DNA of 63,979 nucleotides, filler included, from Choristocarpus tenellus KU-1152 (lineage: Eukaryota > Protista > Phaeophyceae), in the NCBI GenBank assembly GCA_964200185.2. It is 9 parts of 9 records of this genome, joined end to end, with 100 filler letters (N's around TTAATTAATTAA, not from the genome) between each part and the next. Parts side by side here need not be neighbours in the genome. Positions count along the whole stretch, not along the records: positions 19,546 to 31,250 come from CAXNAD020002179.1; positions 31,351 to 34,298 come from CAXNAD020023449.1; positions 34,399 to 40,208 come from CAXNAD020009699.1; 6 more parts are not named here. One strand, written 5' to 3'. The notes under the pieces are model-generated. The model was not told the origin of the DNA. It saw only the letters and a program-made list of their open reading frames with translations, and did no database searches. A program made the position numbers and the translations under genes. Shown piece after piece: positions 26,437 to 36,443 of the stretch; within the stretch, counting starts at the first letter, position 1; every line of letters begins with the position of its first letter.

Positions 26437-26858
26437 CGTCTTACAGGCTGTTGGTAGGATGTCCAAGACCTCTATCTGGAAGTCAGTGAATTCAACACGT
26501 AAACAAATTGACTGAATAGGATTCAAGCAGGATTCCTGTGAAAATCTAACCAACAATGGACAGAGGTGCTAGAGTACAACCCTATGTTGTCAAGTGTGGG
26601 ATTTAAAGATCAATCATCTATCATCTCTCTGATCCCACCGATCAGAGTAATGGAGATCAAATCGAGATATATCTGTTATAAGTGTATTTCTTGTCGTGTA
26701 TTAAATAGTCATCCAATTTATTTGATTTTGATCCTTCATCACCATCTCTTTTCCGTTCACCCAATGAAGCTGGAGGACAAAGTATGCATTTAGATGGAAT
26801 TGACCAGCTATAGCAGCTGGACAGACATACACACACACATATATATAGATAGATAAAT
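26437..26858. promoter_or_regulatory. Probable bidirectional promoter between the PLAC8 gene and RPC11
   Basis: The divergent start codons are separated by only 422 bp; no specific motif was identified. Confidence 0.5.
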
Positions 26859-28684
26859 ATGCTTTTCTGCCCAACTTGCGGCAACTTACTCATGGTTGAG
26901 AGTGGTCCATTGGGCAGGACAAGGTTTTGTTGTCAGACCTGCCCGTATATACATCCCATGGAGCGAGGCAGCAAGATCACACGGAAGGTAACAGGATTGC
27001 TACAGATACTGCACAGGGGCATCAACGAGGCGCACACAGCGTGCCTGAACCCAGGCACTCTCTCTATTTTACGTAGAAACGTGACTCGTCCCTACAAACC
27101 TCAGTTGCAATCATGGTCGGGTTATAGGAGTTGTCGAATTTGACACGGTTGCCGGAGGTTATGGTTTCGAGTCTCCTCTCATGCTTTTGGCACGCCAGTG
27201 AACTAAGATCTTTCTTATTTACTTGTTCTTCGAGAAGATTACCGAATCACTGTAAGGGCTACTCTCTGAAAGTTGATTTTTGTGGATTCATGGCCCCCAT
27301 TCGCACCGTCCATACACCGTTGCCCCTCTCTCCCTTTCTTTATTTGGTAAGGTGGTATTGAAAAGGAAGGCTGTGGACGATATCCTTGGCGGCGAGGATG
27401 CCTGGGCTAATGTTGACAAGACTGAGGTAACCTGATCATCCACACCCTATTACTTGTGACAACGATTCTCTAAAGTAGAACCGTCAGGTTCATCTGACTA
27501 TGAGTTTTCAAGCTCATATTTTAGATATATATACTTACACAAACTATGCGCATGCTGTATTTTCAGTCTAGTTGAGGTAAGGCCAAAATGAGGTCCATTG
27601 ATTTTGGAGGATTTGTGCAGAGGCACAAGGATTGTTGCACCAGAAGATTGGAACTAACCTGGAGAGAATACATGCAATCACTCATCATTTGCATCTCCCC
27701 CCTCTTTATTGTTGTTTTAGATACCCAAGTACACCATCGTAGCAGGTTTGATCGAACGTAAAAGAGAGGCACCCAGGGTTGCATTCTTAAGGATGTTGGC
27801 AATAGAGAGCAAAATTAGATCTTTTGTACAAGTGGATACATAGGGACCTTTCTGAATAATGTATAACATTTTCAAGCAATAGAGAAATCAACGCCCTCTT
27901 GTCAACCTTACCACTTTATCCATAGAACTGATGGTGAATCGCAAAAGATCAAAAACGTGGTTTAAAATGCCAACTGGCCAAAACTCCGCTACCTTTAGCT
28001 CTTTCGAGTATAATGGATAATGGATGAAGTGGAGCGGTTTAGCAGCACTATATACTGTATGTCGATTATCTTGGGTGAGAACCTAGAGGGGGATGCGGAA
28101 TCCGTCACCTACCAGGTAGTGTTGAGGACAGGAGGCGAGGTGACATGTATCACCACTTCTGAGGAGGTTCGAACACTCTATGGTGATGAGATTATAATTC
28201 ACACCAGTTAAGTCTATTCAGCTAAATCAAGGACCTGCAGTAGGTGTTGATGGTATGCTCTCACCCCCCATAAATATTGCGCTCAACTTCCAATACATCT
28301 TCTTGTGAGATATCTCGCAACCATCTTTTACCCTGGATGGGGGTCCTGCCGTTCTGTCACCTTTCCTGCTGAGTGATACGTGTGCGGAATGTATAGACTT
28401 TCATGGCATATAGTTCATGTACCTGAGCAGTTCACCCCCACCCAGCGTTTTTAAGTCTCAGTCTAGTTCGCCTGCATTAAAGCACCTCAGTGACTGATTT
28501 TTTTGCACTTAACACCAGTCTCCTCTCCCCTGTCCCTCGACGTCAATCACGCCTGTACCAGACAACTTGTCCGTTTTGCAATCACAAGGAGGCGTACTTC
28601 TTCATGGCGCAGTTGCGCTCAGCAGATGAGCCCATGACATGCTTCTACAAGTGCACAGCCTGCAAGCAGCGATGGAAAGAATAA
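26859..28684 (+). CDS. POLR3K: RNA polymerase III subunit C11 (RPC10/RPC11), complete 3-exon gene
   Basis: Exons 26859-26987 (MLFCPTCGNLL...FCCQTCPY...ITRK), 27352-27426 (VVLKRKAVDDILGGEDAWANVDKTE) and 28562-28684 (TTCPFCNHKEAYFFMAQLRSADEPMTCFYKCTACKQRWKE*). Two Zn ribbons, the RSADEP motif and the C11-specific VDD.LGG..AW linker are present. Confidence 0.96.
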
Positions 28685-29315
28685 TAAGATAGTCATAGTG
28701 CGAATTAGATGTTCGTAAAAACGATTATATTGTTGCTCTGAATTACTCAAACACGTTTTTTCTCTTTCAAATCAGTGACTTATGTGTACATCCTGTATTG
28801 AGTTGGCTCTGTTCCTTCAGAGAATAGAGTGGGCTACTACTACCAAGCCTAAACAATGTGTATTGCGGTCTGAAGAGGGACGGGCACAAGCCACGTGATC
28901 TACGACATTCTATCGTTTCTGACCAGTAACATTTGTCACCAAACTTCCTTGTTTAGCGCTGGGTTTATAGTTGGGGTTAGGGTTGAGGTAAGAAATGTTG
29001 CCCCGCCGAAGTTAGTCACTGATTAGGGGGATAGCAACCCTCGTGCGAAACCTCATCAAGTCAAGAATCTCGTGATCCCCATATTAGCTGTTGTTAGAAC
29101 ATTTAGTAAACCCATTTGATACCCTGTGCTGACTACTTGCTCGGCAGCACAGGGGTTTACTAAATGTTCTAACAGAAAGACACTGCTCATTTTAGAACCA
29201 TGAACACAAATTTTTCCACACGGCGACAGGAGAGCTTTTTTTGTCACAGCAATTGTAGATACTAATCCCACTGTGTATGGGGCACAAGATGCTACCTACT
29301 ACTGATCTCCTTCAG

Positions 29316-29739
29316 AGTACTTTTACAATGGAATAGATGGAGTGGATACATTGAGTGCCACAATTGGAAGCACTATCTCATGGAGCGATGTGGAAAGAGG
29401 TTGTATGTTTTTTGTGTAACACTAGAATGGTGCAGCTCAGAGGCTGAGTCATTTAAGCATGAGATGAGGACAATGCCTGCCCACAGGGATTCCAAAGCTA
29501 TGACTGTAGTCCTCTCCTTGACCACTAATCACACTATAGATTGAGATAATTACATGTGTGTTCCAAATAGATCTCTATCAGTTACAAGTCTTCCAGTAGG
29601 TAGGGTGAATGGTCCAGTGGAGGAAAATGGAGGCCACAATCAAGAGAGACATGTAGCTCCATGGACGAATTACGTTGTGAAACTGAAAGTCGAAAACACT
29701 TGCATCAGTGTTAAAACAGTCACAATGTTTTTATCTGAG
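29316..29739 (+). CDS. Two putative internal exons of an unknown gene
   Basis: 29316-29399 (branch-like ACTGAT, acceptor CTCCTTCAG; YFYNGIDGVDTLSATIGSTISWSDVER) and 29600-29739 (GRVNGPVEE...WTNYVVKLKVENTCISVKTVTMFLSE, donor GTAATA) are phase-compatible. No start, stop or homology established. Confidence 0.4.
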
Positions 29740-30338
29740 GTAATATCAACATGTGCGGAAGGAACAGAAGAGGTTGGGCCTGAGACAAGCGTACGCAAAC
29801 TACAAATGCATTAGGGTACATGCAACTGGAACTAGACTTAGATGTATTCAGTTCACAGTATCAGAGATTAGTGCGGCTACCTATATGTCAACACAATCGA
29901 TTTCCAAGATAGGTACAAGTTCTCTAGTGCAAATTTTTTAATCTCGTCATTAATGATGATCCCCCCCTTTTCTGTCATAAAATGTAACTTTTAGGTCTAG
30001 GATTAGATATTGCCGTATGCCAGTTCCTTGTTGCCTGTGCCCTCATTTTGGAGACTTCCTTATCATTATTCTGTTTCAATATAGTATATCTTCCTATTAT
30101 GTTTCCGTTCACTGCTTCTTATTCTAATAACAGCAATAATGCAACAAATCAGGCAGCTGAAGACTTCTCTTGAGACTTGGTACCGCCTCTTATGTGGGAC
30201 TTCGCTCCACAAGTCAGGACCACCAAGTTCTAGTTTTACCCTCTACCCTTGACTACAAACTGGAACGGCAGTGGTGACTGAAGACCTGCAGACATCAAGT
30301 GCACATGGTGAACAGTTGTTGAGGTAAGGTCAACATCA

Positions 30339-30369
<31 letters not shown>

Positions 30370-32215
30370 AAGCATCCTACTTTGGCCCCTCTTCTTGCAA
30401 ATGATCTCTGTTTTGCATTTCTTCATACTCTGAAGTTTATTTACGTAGTGACCCATCAGGTATTCTGGTATCCACCTTCATCCCTGATGATTCATTTTTG
30501 GTGCTTACCTGGGTCAGTGTGAAGGCGTCTATTGAACTGCAGCACCGGACAAAGAAAGGTTATCCCGTCCCCTTTTCCCTACATTTGTATATAATATGTT
30601 TTGGGCCAAGAAGGGTCTATTGCGCGTCCAGTTTTCCCCATAGCTTGCGTCTACTATGCACCATGATACTCATATTACTTGTCAACCACAATGTATCTGT
30701 CTCTGGCGGCTTTGATAATCGATTACGTATATTGTGAATTCACTATTACTAGGAATGTACGTATACAATTATGCTATTTATTTTTCCTATGTAGTGAGCA
30801 AAAGTGTGTTCAACATCCCCTCCCCTCTCCTTTTTGGTATGGCTTTGTACCCTTAACACACATGAGGGGGTGGGCATGATGTGTTGTGTGTATTGTGTAG
30901 CAAGGATGTTTGAAGTAAACTGAATGGTATCCAAGAATGGAGGCGTCAGAGAGGAAGGCCGTAGGGCAACGCCATCCAATTGAGTCAGTGTGGAATATTT
31001 AGTGGTTATCCCATTGATATATAATGTTTCGCTTGTAGAGACAAAATATGAAGGATATCGAAAGGATTTGAAGGATCTCAAGAAAAGACCAGATGCTATT
31101 TTGTAAATTGCAGAAAGAGCCGTTGCTGAATTGAGGTGACACTTTTGCATACAATATTGTGCACATAAAGCAATGACATAGAGTGTATTGCACAAGGGTA
31201 AGAACGGCCGATTTCAAAAATTGAGGATGAAGCTTTTCATTGAGGATGAGNNNNNNNNNNNNNNNNNNNNNNNNNNNNNNNNNNNNNNNNNNNNTTAATT
31301 AATTAANNNNNNNNNNNNNNNNNNNNNNNNNNNNNNNNNNNNNNNNNNNNTGGGGACTGCCGAAGGAGAGGTACCGAGGCGTGTTGGTACTATCATCAGG
31401 GTGGCTGCAGATATCCACTGCTTCACACCTAGAGTGCAGTAATTACAGGTATCTTGGTAGCACTAATCACTAATCTTGAGAAATAGTGTAGCGTGTCGTG
31501 TCTCTAACCACTCGTCGGGACAATAGCCTCCAGACTAAAGATGTGATGCCTTCATCCTTAGTTCAGAATCCCCTCTTAACACCAAAATCATGCGCAGACC
31601 CCCCAACTACACACTACTACATACTACACACATACGCATTGCCGTCAATAACCAAATCTTGCACAGGCATGCACAAACCTCACCTGGCACAGTCCACCCC
31701 TTCTTCCCAACCACAGTCCCTTCCTGCACATTGCCTCCTTGTTCTGCTGGAGCAATAGAGCTGCCAGGTGGTGGAGCTTCTCCTCCTCTTTTCCCACGGG
31801 TGCAAACCACATATCCCCCTCCTGTGTTTCTCCTCCTGGTATTGCTGAGGCACTGTAGCTGCTTGGTGGAAGATCTTATCCTAAACTTTTGTCCCCAACA
31901 CAGACCCCACAGATCTACCCAAGTAAGCACATCTATGTTCCTCTCCTCCTTAGATTGCTGGAGCACAATAGCTACTACCTGGTGGAACTTCCCCTCCCCC
32001 TCTCCCCCCAGCACAGTCTCCCCCTCTTACACACACAACAATGCGCCCCGCAGTACCCCACCCTGCCCATACAAGATTGGTGGTAGACTACTATGGTTAT
32101 TGCATCAAGTGAGACACAGAAATACTGAACAGAGATATTACTCAAAATGGTATGGTCACAACACATTCGTCTGATTGTGTTGAACTGTCTAGACAGGTGC
32201 AATGCTGTTAACAAA

Positions 32216-32740
32216 GAGTCAAAGCCTTTTAAGAGGGGTATAGCAGGATCGCATCCGTCCAGAGTTATACATCCAATGTTGCGATTTTGATGAGTTTTGG
32301 CTATTGTCTTTGGTAGCAAGGAGTGAAAGTATCTTAGAGGGGTAGGAGTTTTCCCCTGTCTTCGCACAGGTTTTTTTTATGACATTTTCCTACTCCGAAT
32401 CCTAACATAGGTCTAACCCTAACCCTATGTTATGAAAAGGTGTGTCTAGAACAAGGATATTGACACTTCCTAACGAACCTGATAGCCAAAATTACATCAA
32501 AACCACAACAATGGATTTTGGACCCCAAACGGACGCGGCTCTACCCTAACCCTAAGATACTTTGAGTTGACAGCCAATACCCTTGTCCCAGACACACCTT
32601 TCAGAGTCCTAAACATGTTCAAACCGAAAAACAGAAAAAGTGGCATTAAATAAATAAAATAAATAAAAAAACCGTGAGAATCCAAGCCCCAAAGGGACAA
32701 ACAGGACAAAACCTTTACCCTCTTTCAGTGCTTTAGGCTC
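32216..32740. mobile_element. Nested MITE family A: older + strand copy (32216-32740) containing a - strand copy (32321-~32568)
   Basis: The outer left part starts GAGTCAAAGCCTTTTAAGAGGGGTA. The inner copy runs GAGTGAAAGTATCTTAGAGG...TAAGATACTTTGAG. The outer copy resumes with CAATACCCTTGTCCCAGACACACCTTTC and ends TACCCTCTTTCAGTGCTTTAGGCTC. Confidence 0.8.
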
Positions 32741-33411
32741 AAAGCGTGAAGAAATGGTTGCAACCAAGCACAGTAGAGGTGGAAGGACCAAGCACAGTAG
32801 AGGATGTTGCAAGGGAGAGTTAAGGAGAGAAAGATTGAGGATCTTCACCACATGTTCATCAGAGGAACAGACACCAACAATACAGTAATACAAATGGGGG
32901 GCACACCACACTCTCGCCTCGATCTCTCTGTTTGCGTTGACTAGAGAGTGGATCCCGCACCTCCATTTGGCAAAGCTTTCCACCCACCTGAAGAAGGTGC
33001 AATTAAGGAAGGTCCATCTTTTTATCTGCCTACACACACCTCTAACGGCACCCTCACATTGTTCATTTTTGAGTGGCATTAAGCAGGTTGAATAAATGGG
33101 ATTGCAATCTTTAAATGCCAGTTCCTGTCACCTGAAGAGGGAACTCATCGAACTGGGAAACAATCAATACAAACAGAGGGGAGAGAACGGTGACATACTG
33201 CCAAGAAACACCAGCCGTTGAGGTGTTAAATGCAAACCAAGTCAAACATACCTGAGGGGACTCGCCTGCCCCAGGTGTGGCACCAGGTGTGGCAAAAAGG
33301 AAGGTTCAACCAGAGATTGTCTCTAATAACCACTACAAAGAAGTGAAGAGATCGTACACCTCACCAATGTGTAACAGAGAGCAATATGACGACCTTATCG
33401 GGGTCCCAAAC

Positions 33412-33684
33412 GTGTCAAAACATGTAGAAGGGTAGGAGTTTTGCCCTTTTTGTCAGTTCGGAGCTTGGCTTCCCACAGGTTTCTTTATACCCTTTTTTTT
33501 CTGTTTTGTGTGTGAACACTAACACTAACCCTAACCCTAAAGCGTATACAACTATGAAAGGCGTGTCCAGAGCAAGGATATTGACACTTGCTAACAAACA
33601 CAATAGCCAAAATTAATCAAAATCGCAACATTGGACTTGTGTCCCCTAACAGATGCGAGCCTACCCTCTTGAATGCTTCAGATC
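33412..33684 (-). mobile_element. MITE family A, degenerate copy with internal CCCTAA repeats
   Basis: Shares GGGTAGGAGTTTTGCCC, TATGAAAGGCGTGTCCAGAGCAAGGATATTGACAC and CTACCCTCT with the other copies. Confidence 0.75.
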
Positions 33685-33842
33685 AATTGTGTAACTGAAA
33701 GCACAAGAAAAAACGCTGCCACTGCTCCATCTCATCCCCAGTAGAGTGATTCTTGAGTTATTTTGCAGAGGCTCACTCCACTCCATGGAAGCGATTTTCC
33801 ATGAATACTTCGATATCAGTAGATGCCCCCGAGTTATCAGGA

Positions 33843-33873
<31 letters not shown>

Positions 33874-33963
33874 CATATTATAAAGATCATTCCCATCACC
33901 ACCCCATGGTTGTGATTTTGGTTTTCAGATGGTCAAAACAATAATCCAGCTTCTAGTCTTCCC

Positions 33964-34095
33964 CACTACATCAATTACTGGTATACCTATGATGAATATT
34001 GCTATCACTACATCAATTACTGGTATACCTATGATGAATATTGCTATCACTACATCAATTACTGGTATACCTATGATGAATATTGCTATCACTAT
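33964..34095. repeat. 42-bp tandem repeat, 3 identical copies
   Basis: Unit CACTACATCAATTACTGGTATACCTATGATGAATATTGCTAT. Confidence 0.95.
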
Positions 34096-34823
34096 ATCAT
34101 TATTGTCATTTGTATTGGTTGAAGGGGTTCCAGACCCGTGGTAGAAAGGTAGTGAGGAGAAGGCAATGCCCATTGTTTGAGAAAGAAAAAAATACAAATA
34201 CGAGAAAAAATACAAATACAAATAAAGAACAGGAACACATTGAAAGAGGAGACTCAAAGTATCTGGGAGGGGGGGGGGGGGGGGGGGGGGGGTTTAGANN
34301 NNNNNNNNNNNNNNNNNNNNNNNNNNNNNNNNNNNNNNNNNNTTAATTAATTAANNNNNNNNNNNNNNNNNNNNNNNNNNNNNNNNNNNNNNNNNNNNCA
34401 GTCAATTTTGGGCCAAGCCCATCCTCAATGAAAAGCTCCATCCTCAATTTTTGAAATCTGCTGTTCTATGCAGAATAGTCCCTCTTTGCATTTGTCGAAT
34501 TTTGCACATTTGTCAGCATACTTAAATGCAGCCCTGGGCACCTCTCGTCTACTTTGGCTCTTTCTATAATGCGCTGACGTCAGATTGTTTCTCTTGCTGC
34601 ATTGTTCTATCCATCTCCCACTCTTTTTGCTTGCCCTATTCACCTCGAAAAGTCATGATTTACCACGTCCAAAAGTCCTATGACTACAAGAAAGAAGGGC
34701 AACTTACCACACTATTTAATAGACCTCCACTTACTATTATTTTACCTGAAAAAATGGTTGATCAAGTAAAGTTGTTCCTCTACTCCAGTGTATAATACTG
34801 GGTAGTATTCTCTACTATAATTA

Positions 34824-35356
34824 CTCCCTCTGCTCATAGGTCTGTTCCTTTATGCATGTACCTCTTCGGGATGACCTTCGATTTCAAAACAGATTATTGC
34901 GTTGGATTCCTCCGAAAATTTTACGTAATATGAGTTATATTTGAAGAAATATATCCCGATCTGGACTGTGTTGAAACATAGGCTACTCATCTTTTGTGTT
35001 ATGATATTTTACTCCCTCTGTCCCGTAAGTCTGTTCTCTTATGCATGTGAATCTTTGGGATGACCTCCGATTTCAAAACAAATTTTTCCATTGGATTCCT
35101 TGACGTGTTCTGCATTAGAAGACCTTTCCTGGCTTGCACTCAATGCCGTCAACCCACCAATTCAATGACTTCTTGTGGGCCTATGCCCGCCTAACCTCTG
35201 TTCCATATTTTTAGAGCAGTTTCGGGATATAATTTTCAAATATAACTCATCTTACGTAATTTTTCCGAGGAATCCAACGCACAAATCCGTTTTGAAATCG
35301 GAGGTCATCCCGAAGAGGTACATGCATAAAGGAACAGACTTGCGGGACAGAGGGAG
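34824..35356. mobile_element. Stowaway-like (Tc1/mariner-derived) MITE with ~135-bp inverted arms and an internal partial copy at 35012-35101
   Basis: TA|CTCCCTCTG at 34822 and TA|CTCCCTCTGTCCC at 35010; right end GGGACAGAGGGAG at 35344-35356. 34824-34960 is the imperfect reverse complement of 35222-35356. The right flank is AA rather than TA. Confidence 0.8.
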
Positions 35357-35565
35357 AACAAGTATAAATACTCAGTCTAACTAAATCTTCACTGGTGGAG
35401 CATGAACAACTATGTGTAACTAAATATTGTGGAAACTTTTGAAACGCCCTAACGCTGCACCCCACCTAGATATTGAGACATTTAACAAGATCTACGTTTA
35501 CGTGTTGGTGTGTACGGAAATCTCCTCTCCATTATTTGGAGCGCTCGAACATACAACAATTCGGG

Positions 35566-36443
35566 ATGGAACAGGTCGTTGACTTTCAGGAGCTTCAGGC
35601 ACGAACAGGGATAGACTTCGCAGCATTACGTTCCAAATACTCCTCCCTTTCTACGTTGAAGAGCGAAGAACTTCCTGAAGGAAAGGGAGAGAGCCCTGTG
35701 GCTGCCGCTACCCGGGGTAGGGAACCTCATGCCAATATAAAAGAAATTCTTCCCTGTCGAAGAGCAGGCACAGAAACATTGCACAGGAGAAGTGCCTGGT
35801 ATCCATTCCTCCATTCCTCCCCCGCTCCACCAAATTATTGCCCCCTCCTTTGTACTCAGAAAGGCTTGACAGATACGTTCTCTGCCAGGATTGCGGGGGG
35901 CTGGGCGTGCGAAAGGAGCTCTACAACCACATGGTGCTCGAGAAGACCTGCGAAGGTGCGTAAGGCCATGTCGAACGGCAGGCCTCGTAGCTACAATAGT
36001 AGGGTCAGCAGGCACTATTGCCTCCACATGTTATTAGCGAAACTTGACTTAATTTCTCATCTCACTCTTTCTTTTTTGTGAAGAAAATATCGAGCTATCG
36101 TGCCTAATACGCCGTACCAGCACTACAAATAATCCTAGTGTTGAGGGTCTCTTCTACACTGTGGTTGAACGATGCAAATTATTTTGGTCTATGCCTCAGG
36201 GGTAAGGACCCAACCATGCGCCACTTCAGAGAGTTTAATACACGTTGTCATTGGTGACTGCTTTCAGTACCGGTTGTGCTTAAATAGTAACTTTGTATAC
36301 TCAACGTTGACTGAGTTTCCATAAAAAAGCCTCTAGATTGCCAATGTTAGATTAGTTCAACCAATATACCATCCTTTTTCTCACCGACAGGATGCCAGGG
36401 GACCTCCATAAAGACAATATGTCCACGGAAAGATGCTGCATGA
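35566..36443 (+). CDS. Small protein with DnaJ-type CxxCxGxG zinc-binding pair; 5' exon structure unresolved
   Basis: The first exon starts at ATG 35566 (MEQVVDFQELQARTGIDFAALRSKYSSL...). Exon 35889-35955 (DCGGLGVRKELYNHMVLEKTCE) joins in frame to 36391-36443 (GCQGTSIKTICPRKDAA*). An upstream EKCL|GT segment ending near 35798 would complete CLDCGGLG, but I could not make it phase-compatible with exon 1. Confidence 0.65.

Noticed and set aside
31500-33300. ORFs of 130-194 aa around the nested MITE
   Set aside because: Low-complexity or partly MITE-derived; no domain recognised.
33925-34257. ORFs with a repeated IAIFIIGIPVIDVV motif resembling a membrane repeat protein
   Set aside because: Produced by the 42-bp tandem repeat; no splice or homology support.
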